Source: Eledone cirrhosa
Taxonomy: Eukaryota
Direction of reading: 5' to 3'
Length of the DNA: 64,000 bases
Assembly: GCA_964016885.1 (NCBI GenBank)
Contig: OZ024743.1
Location: 279,124,001-279,188,000, forward strand
The notes beneath the pieces were generated by a model. It did not search any database. It worked only from the letters and a program-made list of their open reading frames with translations, and was not told the origin of the DNA. Position numbers and translations under genes: made by a program. The stretch's first letter is position 1. Each line of letters begins with the position of its first letter. Below, piece by piece: positions 45,875 through 59,336 of the stretch.

Positions 45875-45930
45875 ACTGCCTGATGAGGTCATAGCCACTC
45901 AATGGCTATCATCGAAATATATATAGCAGT
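45875..45930 (+). ncRNA. Minimal type-I hammerhead, covarying paralog of 44949-45003
   Basis: ACTGC-CTGATGA-GGTCATAGCCA(CTCAA)TGGCTATCATC-GAAA-TATATA-TA-GCAGT, followed by AATAAA. Confidence 0.85.
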
Positions 45931-46007
45931 AAATAAAGGAATATGAGTTCATGCAAGTGACTTATGTTTCGTCAATATATACATATATATATATACATAT
46001 GTACTTG

Positions 46008-46335
46008 CAGACACCTCAAATATAGGTTAAGAGAAACTTGACAATAAGTAGAGGCACCCCAACTTTGAACTTGTTTATAGAATTGCTTCTACCTTTGTCA
46101 CTCTAAGTAATGCTTTAAAGAATTAACTTTTAAAACATTCACCTTTCTTTAAACCCATCAACCATGACATCCACCCATCCTGTAGACACCTGAAATATAG
46201 GCATTGTTAGCTTAAGAGAAACTTAAAAATAAGGAGTGGCATTCCAATTTGAACTTGTTTATAGAATTCTTTCTGCCTTTGTCACTCTAAATATAAATTA
46301 TAGCTTTAAAGAATTAACTTTTAAAGATTTCACTT
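46008..46335. repeat. Diverged ~140-150-bp direct repeat upstream of an HHR
   Basis: AGACACCT.AAATATAGG...TTTGAACTTGTTTATAGAATT...GCTTTAAAGAATTAACTTTTAAA occurs at ~46008-46143 and ~46182-46335. Confidence 0.8.
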
Positions 46336-46428
46336 CTCTTTCAACCAACGATCTCCACCCATTCCACTCCCCACCCTCTCCTACCACCAGAAAAGATATA
46401 AATACCACCACTTTTTACTTGGACTGTT

Positions 46429-46479
46429 AGCTTCCTGATGATTTCTCACAAATGAAACACTTCTAGTCCTGTAGAAGCT
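46429..46479 (+). ncRNA. Type-I hammerhead motif with weak stem II
   Basis: AGCTTC-CTGATGA-TTTCTCACAAAT-GAAA-CA(CTTCTAGTCC)TG-TA-GAAGCT. Confidence 0.65.
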
Positions 46480-46560
46480 CTTCTATATTAAAACTTTTAT
46501 ACTCTGCTATGTATTGAGTACCTTACTTACTGTGGTTACCTCCGACTCAACCCGGAATAA

Positions 46561-46619
<59 letters not shown>

Positions 46620-46671
46620 TGTGTGGGAGAGAAAGAGAGAGGGAGGGAGATAGATAGATATATAGATAGAT

Positions 46672-47413
46672 ATATTTCTTTATTAGCCACAGGGGCACAA
46701 CAGAAGGGGACAAATACAAAGGGGGAAGTTTATATACAATAAAAACGTGTAAAATGTTATCACAAATGGAATTTAAAAAGTTAGTCGATTTTCCCCAATA
46801 GAGGGAGACAGTTTATATGGGTAACACATACCCCCGAAAAAAAATGTGCAACCCTCATCTCCAGGAGTACGAAGAGCTTGTACTCTTTTCCTCTCCTCCT
46901 CCTTTTCCTCAACCTACAGGCTGATATTCTCGCCACTTTCACCCACCTTTCATAAAACTTGCTGGGGTACAGCACCTCTCTCTCCCTCCTGATTCTTCTT
47001 CCAAAGTGGTATTCGAAAAAAAGAATCAGTTGTTGGCCGGAGAGAAAGGTGACTGACCTCAGCCCTTTCAACCTTGTCCACCATACAACCTCTTTCGCCA
47101 TAGCTATCACACAAAGGAAAACCGCCTCTCCTTCGTTTTTGAAGGAGGGTGGCGGTTTGATCATGACAATGGACTCGGTGGTCAACTGGATTGGTCCCAC
47201 CCGCGACAATAGTCGTTCTACATAGCCCCACAGGTCAGTGACGCCCGGGCAGTGTATGAATGCGTGCGCGACGGTTTCTTCGTCTCGCACGCACCTCGGA
47301 CAGATCTTTTTTGCAGGGTCCCTGCCCGGGCGCCCATGTCTGTAGAGCTTGTCTCGAACTGGTAGAGCTCCTCGGTAGCACTGCCAGGCCAGGGACTTTT
47401 GGAAGTTGTCCAT
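46672..47413 (-). mobile_element. 5'-truncated Tx1/L1-clade LINE with 3' UTR, flanked by (GATA)n
   Basis: ORF 46781-47413 WQCYRGALPVRDKL..CPRC...ETVAHAFIHCP (zf-RVT); AATAAA then a (TATC)n tail on the minus strand. Confidence 0.88.
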
Positions 47414-47435
47414 AGATAGATAGATAGATAGATAG

Positions 47436-47502
<67 letters not shown>

Positions 47503-50500
47503 AAACGTACTAGACGTGTATATGAAGTCATAAACAATATATGTATAATATCCAACACACACGTGACACTGTGTTTTAAGCCGCGCTCTTGTCACAGAAA
47601 CCCCAATATTCCTTTTTGAACTCAACAGTTACAGGATTGTTCGCCGGAATTTAAACTCTCAATAGAAGAAGAAGAAGAAGAAGAAGAAGAAGAAGAAGAA
47701 GAAGAAGAAGAAGAAGAAGAAGAATATAAGGATGATGATGATGATGATGATGGTCATAAAGAGAACGAATTGCTGTTGTCTGTAAATATGCATGTTGGCA
47801 CGGGAGAGAAATCACACTGGTTCATATATTATGTAATGTGTGTTTATTTGCACGTAAGTGTGTTTATAGGTAAGTTGTGTGTGTGTGTGCAAGTATCTAT
47901 GTATGGATACATTTATATATGCATGTAATTGTAGAAAAAAGTATAGTCGTTAATTTCGTGTCACTGCATGGAAGTTATTGCTAAAAGAAACAAAAAAGAA
48001 TAATGATAAAAATCATGTTCGGACAGGGATGAACGCTTTGTGGAGGTCAATCGTAACATCTTTGCTCTCATCAAAATTCCTCGGGACAAAAGACAACTTA
48101 TGTGTATGATAGAAAAATAGATTTGCAGTCAATCTACTTTTTTTATTAATGTTTTCTCCTTGTAATAGATATTGTTATGTACTTTGAAGTTGTTTGGAAT
48201 CAGGTTTGTATTGGAGATTTGTTATCGTCCCCATCAGTTTAGATAAATATAAGAGCGATGAAGTAGATTTTGACATAGTTGGGTGTGGTTGTTGTAATTC
48301 TTTTCTCATTAATAGGCACAGAACTAAACTGTAAGGTTTAAGAAAGTAGAGAATAGAGACGAATATTGAAAATATGTTATGCATGCATCAGTGACGCATG
48401 GGTTAAACTAGGAGACTGAAACATTTAGAAATAGAGATTAGCACTTTCGGTACCATATTTCAAATGAAATGTATTGCCTATCATTTTCAAATATTTTTGA
48501 AAATATTTAAGATTATAGAACGATATAGTAATATAAATATGTGTTTCATTACTAAGTCGATGTTTTATCATATCATAAGCTTTTTAAATGAATATAAATT
48601 TTAAAAAGTAAGCTTAATTTTAGAGAATCAACAGTCGTTTAAGGCGTCTGGTATCAAAGGGTTTAAAAAGGACTAAGTGATTGAACGATTGAGAAAAATC
48701 GAGGGAAAAAGAAAGGAGAGAGTTAGAGGGAGAGAGGGGCATTATAAGATTGCGCAAGAGAGAAAGTGAAAGAAAGTGAACATTTTGAATCAAGAAAGAT
48801 TGCATGAAATGTTCGACTTATATTGAGTATTGTCCGCAAAAGAATTAGGTTCAATAACTTATGCTGGATTGTACCATCAATAAGATTTGATCGATTTTTC
48901 TTTTCTGTATATGAGTCATTGCTGTTATTGTTGGTGGTGTTCTTTTGGAAGTCGGTGCTGCTGTTACTTCTGTTGTGTGTACCCACTTTAGCATTGATTA
49001 ACGGCATTCCAGACGTGAATTTCTCTTATTCTTTTCAAATATTACCTCTATTAAATAAGGTTGTTACTAACTTAACAGTTGATTTTCATGCAGGTGTTGT
49101 CTACGACATATATATATTCTCCTAGAAATTTTCCTTGTCTACACTGACCAATGGACATTCTTGTACATTTACTTAGTGATTCTCTCATTACTACATCAGC
49201 AAGAATGATGATGTCTACACTTCGCTGGTGAGGCCAGAATAAGACAGAAATACGTCAGAAGATATCTTCCATACTTGCAGAAATAATTAAAATGATATTA
49301 GTCATTTACTATTTTTGTTCTTTCCTCCTCAAATAATTATTTCTACATTTGCATGATCCTGGCATTAAATATGTTAACCCAACTGAACTGCATACACAAT
49401 TTATCTATGAATACACTAACCAATGTGTTCTTTTTTGTCAGTATGGTGGGATTTGAGGAACATTTCTAATAGTTTAAGTTCCTATGCAAAGTATCTACTC
49501 GTAGGCTCATATTTCAAAATTCAATGGCTGGCGGTATGCTGTTGTTACGAGTTTTTTCAAGTTTTAGAGCAAGCTTTTTTACTTTATTTTGTTGTTGTAT
49601 ATCGCAATGGTAGCTCTGATTGATAACTTCTAAATGTATTCCAGCCATGACCAGTTCATATTTATGTATAAGCGACTGAAATGTCTAGCGCGCCATTTAT
49701 TTATTTGTAGTTGTGTGTTTGCGAATCACCTGGTATTTTTTTTTTATCAGATACGAGATAACAAAGATAACACTTCGTTAGCCAGTTGTTGCGTCATTGT
49801 TGTTGAAATATTCATCTTTCCATAGTATATGTATTCCGCATATTTGAAGCTTAGTGTTTATCAATGCATTAAAACTACCGAGGGAGCTTCTATGAAGGTG
49901 TTCGACAGCTGAAATAGTAGCCAAATCTAACTGAAAGTAGGTTTCATGTATTACAGGAAACATGGAAAAAGGGTCACTGCTAGAATGGCTTTGGTAATAA
50001 GTGTCAACGTTAAGGTAAAACAACAATAAGTATACAGTATTCCTGCTGTATAAAGTATATATGAAAAAATCAGTGTTCAATCGTTTGACTTGATTTCTAG
50101 ACAACTAACCACATCTCCCTCAAATCACACCCCATTCTCGTGGGAAAAGTAGATACACTAGACAATGTAGTCCCTGGGAACGAAATGTAGTGTTAGGCGA
50201 TGCAAGAGCACCTTTGATCGTAGGTTTGATCAATTTGTGCTGACCTAAGCCTGAACAGCAACATTCCTATAGTAATTATATTTCAATGAATGAATTAGCA
50301 TTGTCAAAATGTGTTGTTTTTTCCTTAGCCACAGGTCAGCTCTTCGCGAGTAGCTTTATCATCAACGGACCTCTTGTCGTGGCAATACAAATCTTTATTT
50401 TAATGCTGTTGATTACGCTACCAAATATGACATTCTCTTTCTTTATTATGAGAGGAGACAATGGTTTGAGGATGATGTGCCTGCTATTCTGAGTAAATTG

Positions 50501-53500
50501 AGTTTACCGTATTAATATAGCTGATGCTACGAGAATACTGGGCATTACTTTACGTGCTGTGTTGCTATAGACATGTTTATAGATAGGCATTGGACACAGC
50601 TATAGTTTTCCATTTGAGATTTCTGACATTTTGTGGGATACCATGGTCTCCTTCCGCTTGCATAGTGATAAGAATATATTACTAATTTGAGTGAAAGATA
50701 TCTCATAAACAGCTTTGTGCAGTAGAGGTTTGTAGCAGAAGGGATATTGTTGGTTTTGGAATTGCTTTGATCTTTTCGAAACTACGTTTGTTGTCGTAAT
50801 GCTTGCCATCCATAGAATTGATGCTTCTGATAGTGTTGATAGTGGTAGTCGGGTACATGGCGGTTGTCGTGTTGATGACCTTCATAGTGATGATGGTGGT
50901 AGCCTACTTGATGGTGATGATAGATTTATTCGTGTTGATCGCCTTGATGGTGTTGATAGTGGTGATTTTCGTTTTGAAGAAGCTTATGGTGTCCACCCTG
51001 TTTATGGTGCTGATGGCGTTCATCGTATTTGTGGTAGATGTGAATTGAAACAATATTAATCGTGATGGTGTCCATTACTTTATTACTTGTATACTACATC
51101 ACCACGAACATCACTGTCACCACGCCACTACCACAGCCACAACTAACAGCATTTTGATTGTCGTTGATGTCATTATCATCACCATTGCAGTCGTCGCCAT
51201 CACCGCCAACACTATTATCAACATCTTCATCATCTTGCTTGTCGTCATCATGATTAACATAACATAATTAGTGTTTCTAAAAATAGTCTATTGTTTTATA
51301 TTCAAGCAACATCATCTGTGCTGTGTCTGTCAACAGTCCAGTACACAGAAATTAATATATGCCAAAACATATAATGGTTTGATTGATGACACGAAGAGGC
51401 ACTGTTCACTACTTGAAATGGTAGAGGCAATGATAACAGGAGAAAATAATTCTGTGTTTGTTTCTGTGAGTATTTGTGTGTATATATGTGTTTGTTAGCG
51501 TGTTTGCGCGTGTGTTTGTATATGTCTTTGTAGGTCTTGAAGTGCCAGAACCGTGAAAGCATCGATAAAACATCTTGCAATATTTATTTCGGCTTCTTGC
51601 ATTCTGAATTCATACCACATCGAGGTCGACTTTGTCTATCACCCTTCCTGGGTCTATAAAATCATGTAAAGTGACTGATCATTGGTACAATGAAATCTAT
51701 TGTTATTTGGTCTCGCTTTTTGTGTTCCTCGTTCAAATCTGCCACCCATACTTAGGTGGTATAATTAATCCATTGCCCATTTTGACACCACAACCAGGTC
51801 AATTTGTGCTTTTACATGAATCCGGGCCAGATCACTGATTTCAGATCACTTCCCCTCATCCCACATCTCGGAAGCCCTGAAATATACCATTAGCAGTCTT
51901 CCTTTTCCTTACTAGGCAATGAAGAAATGTGTGTTCCTACAATAAAAGTAATATAGATAAACTTTTGGTTTATATGGGCCTTGTCCGGTGAAATGCACAC
52001 GTTAAACATCAGATTCTTGTTTATCTCACAGCACAATATATATGCACCATCCAGGAAGATTTTGCGTTGTGGGGCGATCTGCTATAAATAGCATCCAACC
52101 TCATTGAAAAGAGGGGAAATGCTAAGTCCTGTCATCGTCGAACCATGATGTCCAATGAACGGGTGAGATAATCATAGCTCTAATGCCATTGATCACAATT
52201 GACTTTGGAATAAACAACTCCAACAACAGCAGCAACATCTTATATTTACATCTTTTGTGCGAATTATGCCAGTGCAGAGCGCACCTTAACTTATCTGTTC
52301 TATAAACAATTACCATTTATCACTGCACAACAAAAGCTGTTTCTGAATGCTAATAAAGTTTCAATTCAACCATGATTAGGGTAGTAAAGAGGACAGTGCT
52401 TCCGATTCCTTTGAACCTGAATTACGAAGCTCACGAGGAGGGTATCCCTACGTGATGGCGAATTTGTAACATGCCAGCAGTGACACACCCAAGATTAGAA
52501 TATATTAGTACGCCTTCGATCATAAAACTACTGGATCATTGCTTACCTGTGGATAAATAACAACATACAATGATGACTTCAGTGGTAATTATAACATTCT
52601 AGTATATTACATGATATTCATTTTTAGTAAATTTACAACCCTCGTAATTTATGAGGAATAATTTTATGTTTTAAGCCAATTTATTTTTAAAGCATATGTA
52701 AGTTAAGGGTAGTAGTTATGTTGTTATTATGATTCATAATATTTAGATATTAACAACACCCCTCTCTTGGATAATTTTATGAGCTTAAGGAATATTCTGA
52801 TAGATTGGTTATCTTGTCAGGGAATGAGTCTCGAATTAATGTAATCCTTTATTCACATAACCGTTCTCGTGAGCAAATCCCCGTTTTTCCAATATATTCT
52901 CATAATACATTCATTACAGCTAGCCAGGCTTTATATTAATCACACTCAACTCATTCAAACAATTTGTACTTCTTATCTAACATTACTCACATCGTCGAAA
53001 TGTGATGGCATCGTTCTTATCTGTGAGAATAAGAATATATTAATTAGGTGAACGATGTCTTATAAATAGTATTGCAATTTTGTAGCATTAGGTTTATTCT
53101 CTGCTTCTGAAATCGCAAGACAACAAATTATCTCGAGAGGAAGAGATCGACGGAAATATTGACATTCTCATCCTGTGTTGCGTCGCCATTCTTGTGACCA
53201 ATGCTACTTTAATTCACTTGATATTCTATGTGAGTGGACTAAAAAATGTATCACAAATATTATTTCACAAAAGATATATTTGAAGTAAATAGCTCACAAT
53301 GGATATTCATAAAATGTACATCACAACATGAAATTCTCTACCGAAAGATATATCGAAAATATACTACACAAAAGAAGTAGAAGAAATATATTCAAGAAAT
53401 AATAAATGTGAAATATATACAACACAATATGTATAGCAACTATGTCCCAACAAAAAAAATGTTTTTAGTCTATATCACAAAAGAATGATATCCAATGACA

Positions 53501-54838
53501 AATATTTGTGGAATTATCGTGCAGAAATGTTATTATTGTACAAAAGTTGCAAAATAAATATATTTGAGAATGTTGTCCAGCACAGAATAAATATGCATCA
53601 TCTAGAGATGCCATATAAAAAGTGTATAAGCGAAATTTATTGCACATATGAAAGATAACCCACATGTTGCATAAAAACAAATACGAAAATATATTCTATA
53701 AAAATTCTGGATTATAAAATACTTCGATATATTTAAAAAAATATATTTAAAAAATCTAACAGATACTAGCAGCAAAACATTATTTTTGTAGAAATTTCTA
53801 CAATAACTGCACTTACAGTAAATGATTTTTCATTTAAAGCTTCGATAATAAATTTATAAATGACATGAAAATGGATCTTGTTACGATCGTGCGTTTATTA
53901 AGTGTATTATATAATGTAGGAGAAATGAAAATGGGTTTTACATTTGCAAATAATACAGCTTAAAGCAGGCGTTCGTCTTGCGTTTAACAGTGCATGAATG
54001 GCGTACGTATTCCCGTCGTCGTTTTTACTGTTATTATAATGGTCTCTTCTCCCCTAAACAAACTGACAGTGTGCTGTCGTTATTGTTACATAATTTGCTT
54101 TCCTCCTTTTTATGATTTCATCACCTATGCACAACTTCAATTACTAGACACTAAGTATATATTTTGCCTGCTAATCCTTATTCGGTAGATTGCCTCTAAC
54201 AGATAATAATCTTCAGTTCATATTCAGAAATTTCAACAACAAATAGAAGATCCTTTCTACTTAATTTAACCCAGCTGGTTTCAACCCCAGTATAAAGGAA
54301 GGTAAAATGCCTTGGATATTTGAAACAAATACTAACATATTTGCCAAGAACACTATGAGCAACACAGCATTTTTAGGATGCATTACATTTCACCACTAAA
54401 GAAATGTTTTTACATATCTCCATTATCATAAATGTGTTAAAAGAGATACAATTGTTAACAAATATCTGCTATTTAAAATTAGGATTACTTAATTTATCGA
54501 CAGTGTTGAAATCTATATGTTTATTCTCTAGTATCAAATATGAACACTGCCACGAATGCACCATATATGCAAATCAAGATATCAGATTTAATAAAGCTCA
54601 AAATAATAGGAGCATTATATATAGTATGGTTATTGAAATTCATTGAGTTGTTGAGTAAAATCTGAATAAAAATTCAAGCTAGTCTGTTATTCCTATTCAT
54701 TCTATACACGGCGAAACGATATCAAACGTCAGTCATTAAAGACTGTCTAGTGTATTTAATTAAATTTAATTAATTCAACCCCACACAATTAGCTGAGATA
54801 AATACATTTAATCTGTATACAATACATTATATATATAT

Positions 54839-54940
<102 letters not shown>

Positions 54941-54950
54941 TATATATATA

Positions 54951-55250
54951 TAGGTTTTGGCCAGCATTGGCCCAGGCCTTGTTTAACTTAATAGCACCCC
55001 CTAGCGAAGGCTTCTCAAATCAGGATTTGGACACCATGGCCCACTCAAGCAGGGAGTTATTGTTTGCGGAGACATGTCCGGGTGTAGGAGGTTTATCCGG
55101 GATTTCTTGAAGGAATGTTTCCAAAGACTTCATGAACTTTAAGGAGTCTGTTTCTGTTTTAATGTGTTTTGCTGTAATGTTAAAGAGGCCAATTCAGGTG
55201 AAATAATTGTGCCGTATTGTTGTTATGAGATGCAAGTTTGATTTTTTTCA
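54951..55250 (-). mobile_element. CR1/L2-group LINE 3' end
   Basis: Minus strand translates LFNITAKHIKTETDSLKFMKSLETFLQEIPDKPPTPGHVSANNNSLLEW; abuts (TA)n. Confidence 0.7.
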
Positions 55251-56056
55251 GGCCAAGCCAGCATAAAAGCTTCCTATGAAAATTAGGCTAATCACCCTGT
55301 ATACATAAGCGTTAAAACTATATCTTTGTGTCTTATTTGAGTTACAGTATGAAGCGAGGAAAGTGGTGCATATCCATTGACAACATCCGCACAATTGTCG
55401 GTTTCTTCACCCTGATTCTGCTGGAACAAAGTAGGGTGCGACAGCCACAAGCATTAAATTCACAGCTAAAGTCTTTCAAAACTTTATTCGTAAATATTTC
55501 GTATAATATTCGATATCCAAACTTTACATACATAAATGTTGGAGCTATGTTGGAGCAAACACATTAATTCTATTTCTTGTTCAGGCAGAGCCATCTTAAA
55601 AACTCCGTATGCAAATGGAGCTAATCAACCTATGTACATAGGCGTTAAAGCTGTACGTTTGTGGCAAGGAAAAGAGTGCGAAACCTTGTGAACGGGAAAA
55701 CTGCCAGAATAGCTGTCCGTTGCTTCCCCCCTCACTTGCTTTTGATGGAACAAGGAAGATGGCACCAGCCACTACCTTTAACATTCATAACTAAAGGATT
55801 TTGAATATTTATTCGTAAACATATCGTATATTTAGAAATGATGCTAAAATGATGCCTGTATTATACAATTATACACACACATATAAATATTCATAAAAAT
55901 ATATATGATAAAATCAAGGGAAAGCAAATAATTTTATATGTTCTGGCTTGTTAATTTATTAACTTGCCATTGAACCACACTGGCATACGGTCAGACTATT
56001 CTTGTATCCCTATGTGTACTATTTACATGTAGGAACACATACTTTTATTATAAATA

Positions 56057-56128
<72 letters not shown>

Positions 56129-56367
56129 CACATATGGATTGAGATATATATATATATACACGACTTGAATGACGTACGACCTAATATGTATGCTTTCGCT
56201 GACCTCTTTATCTAGAAATAGATTCGGGTAACAAACATTAAATTTCCGTCCATCAAAGATTTTGGGACAATAGAGATACTATAATCCACATTTGGGGGTC
56301 ACAATAATTGGGAAAAGGGAGGGTCAGCAATGATTAGATCTGCTCAGTCATGCGTGATTTGTGCTAT

Positions 56368-57597
56368 CTATCTAGGGCGGGTAAAATTCCCGAGATCCAT
56401 GGACGAGTTCTCTCCAGCGGTCTCTGTCCCTCATTATCGCTGCCATGTCCTGCGTCTCCAACAGACCAGTGTCTGTCCTTAGGGCATCAACATACGTTAA
56501 CCTTGGTCTTCCACTTCCATTGTGTCCATGTAGGGGCTCCCACAGGAGCACTGAGTGCAATGTCAACTCTGGATGTCGGTGAGCATATCCAGCTAACCTC
56601 AATCTCCTCTGTGTTACTTTTGAGCTGACTTTTGGGAGGCTCCCATACAGCTCTAAGTTTTTCATCCTAAGTGTATACTAATTAATGTTCAGAGCCATTC
56701 TCAGCATTCTCGTGTAGCACCCATCCACCATCTGAGTGAGTTCTTGGTCAGTGTCCAAGTCTCAGACCCGTACAGCAGCACATAATCCACTACAGCAATG
56801 AAGAGGCTGATTTTCAGGTCTTAGATGGAGAAGAAGCTCAGGGATAACGAGAACGGCTTCAGAGAGGGAAGATCAACCACCAGTCACATCCTGATGCTGA
56901 GGAGGATATTAGAGGGAGCTAGAGCAAAGTGCCTTCCTGCGGTCAGGGTTTTCATAGACTTTAGGAAGGCCTTTGATTCTGTGGACCGTCACTGCTTGAT
57001 GAAGATCTTACAGGCTTATGGAATCCCCAAGAAGATAGTGAACCTCATATCACTGCTCTACACCAACACCAAAGCCCAAGTCATTACACCTGATGGGATG
57101 ACATAGTTCTTTAAGATACTGGCTGGTGTACTCCAGGGAGATACATTGGCTCCCTACCTTTTTATCATCGTAGTGGACTATTGTATGCGCCTTGCACTGG
57201 AGAAACACCAGGACTCTGGCTTTACTGTGGCACCTGCTCAGAGCAGGAGAGTTAAGGCGAAAAAGGTATCAGATGCTGAATTTGCCGACGACATAATTTT
57301 GGTGACAAATACAGTGAAGGAGGCAGAGGATTTGATGCGGGAGTTTGAGACTGTGTCGATGAGTGTGGGGCTGAGAATGAATGAAACTAAAACAAAATAT
57401 CTGGTAGAGAATGTTGAGAAGCCAGAGGGGATCACTTATGTAAGCGCGAAGCCGCTAGATTTGGTTGAGGGCTTCCTGTATTTGGGAGCAAAGATTGGGA
57501 ATACGGAAGATGATGTGGTTGAGAGGAAGCGCAAAGCCTGAGCGGCGTGACACAGCTTGAGATCAGTGTGGAAGTCGGACCTTCGTAAAGACCTGAA
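56368..57597. mobile_element. RTE-clade LINE with 5' inversion and 11-bp target-site duplication
   Basis: 3' part on minus (56372-56822: RRLRLAGYAHRH..LLWEP..GRPRLTYVD, TAGATAG tail). RT core on plus (56825-57597: GFREGRST, FIDFRKAFDSV, GVLQGDTLAPYLF, FADDI). ATTTGTGCTAT at 56357-56367 and 57598-57608. Confidence 0.92.
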
Positions 57598-59053
57598 ATT
57601 TGTGCTATAAATAACACAAATGCCAACCATTTCCACATCTGTCAATATTACAATAACACCATTGCTTACCTCGTCGAAACTGCCACCATGCCAACCACCA
57701 CAAACTAAAAGGACACCACCATCTCAAACATCACCATTATTATCTTCATTAACATTACCAGCACAAATAACATTACCACATCACTATCACAATTAATTGC
57801 ACCATCACCAGTGTTACCAATAACACAATTACTATATCAGTATCATCGTTATCCTCACCCCTAAACTACATTTACGATCATTCCCACACCACCGTTACCT
57901 CCATATAACCATCGTCACTACCTCCTCCATTACTACATTAGCATCCTCATTAACTAACGTCACCACAACCGTTACTACTAGCATCAACAACAGCACCACC
58001 GCGAACCCAACCACAACCACTTTTACATCCTCATTACCGTCACCATTAATAACACGGTCACCATTTCTACTTCAGCCACTACTGTTATATTTTCATCACC
58101 ATCCTCATCATCAACAACATCAGCACTCTACCAGCTGACGATATGTCAACAACAAAGAGAGTCAACAACATTAACAACAAAACGAAATAAACGAAATAAT
58201 ATCAAAAACACAACACAAACATAAATACATGCAGTGCAAAGAATACTCCCGATGCTAATTAGCTAAGACTAATCAAAACGTGAACTTTCACTCGTTCTAA
58301 TTAGAAATGAGATGTGAGAATCGATTTTTCTTCTTTATTTTACCGCATACACATGGAGGGATAGGCAGTTTCCATGGCACCTTTCAGGGCCTCCGAGAAG
58401 AGTTAGGTGGAGGGACGAAGTATGGTATCCTTCAATCAAAGACTTAGTCCAATGGTAGCCAATGACTAGTTGCTGTGTATTAATCTCTGTGAGAGATTAC
58501 ATCTACCATTCATTTTACAACCAGAGAGAAATAACCTGTTGTGTTTAGTTGCGTCTTTTAATTTTCTGGGACAAATTGGAGCCAATGGCACATTTATATT
58601 TGATTTTCCATTGTTTTTTTAAACACCACCTCGGGCTTAATCTAGCATACCTATGGTCAAATATATTTTGGGCGTGACCATCCAAAATGTTTCATACATG
58701 CATCCAAGACAACACTATTCAATGTGATATTTTCCAAGGCGTTGAAGCGTGGTATGGGGGAAATTTAACTTATATTTCTATCTGGTCAAACGAACACATA
58801 AAATATCCCTTGACTGCTCGAGTAAGTACCCACAATTTACAGGTATTGGTTCAATTTGATGAACTGTCCCTCCCCTTATATACAAATATGTGCCCATATA
58901 AGAAATAGTTCATCCCCTGGAGGTGTTTAGCTCTAGATCAGATCTCATCAGTGAAGCTCATATCCCTTTTCAACATTCCAGCTGGAACCGCCTAATTTTC
59001 AATAAAAAACCGGTTACGATTAGAGAATTTGCAGCTACAGTAATGTTATATGT

Positions 59054-59089
<36 letters not shown>

Positions 59090-59264
59090 AATAGTTAAAA
59101 GAATAGAGGTGTAACACACAAGTTATTATATATTGGTAAACGGAATAGAAAATGCTGACACATATATATATTCTTTCGTTTTCCATATTATCATACTCTG
59201 CTCCGAAGGAGCATAGAGTGCTCAACCGGCATACCACCTATGGCCACATCCTAGCAACCATACA

Positions 59265-59336
<72 letters not shown>

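Noticed and set aside
49170-49282. Possible minus-strand exon with AG/GT-like ends
   Set aside because: Stop codons in all three frames
50799-51059. Asp/Gly-rich and hydrophobic ORFs
   Set aside because: Degenerate (GAT/GGT/GTT)n repeat, not coding
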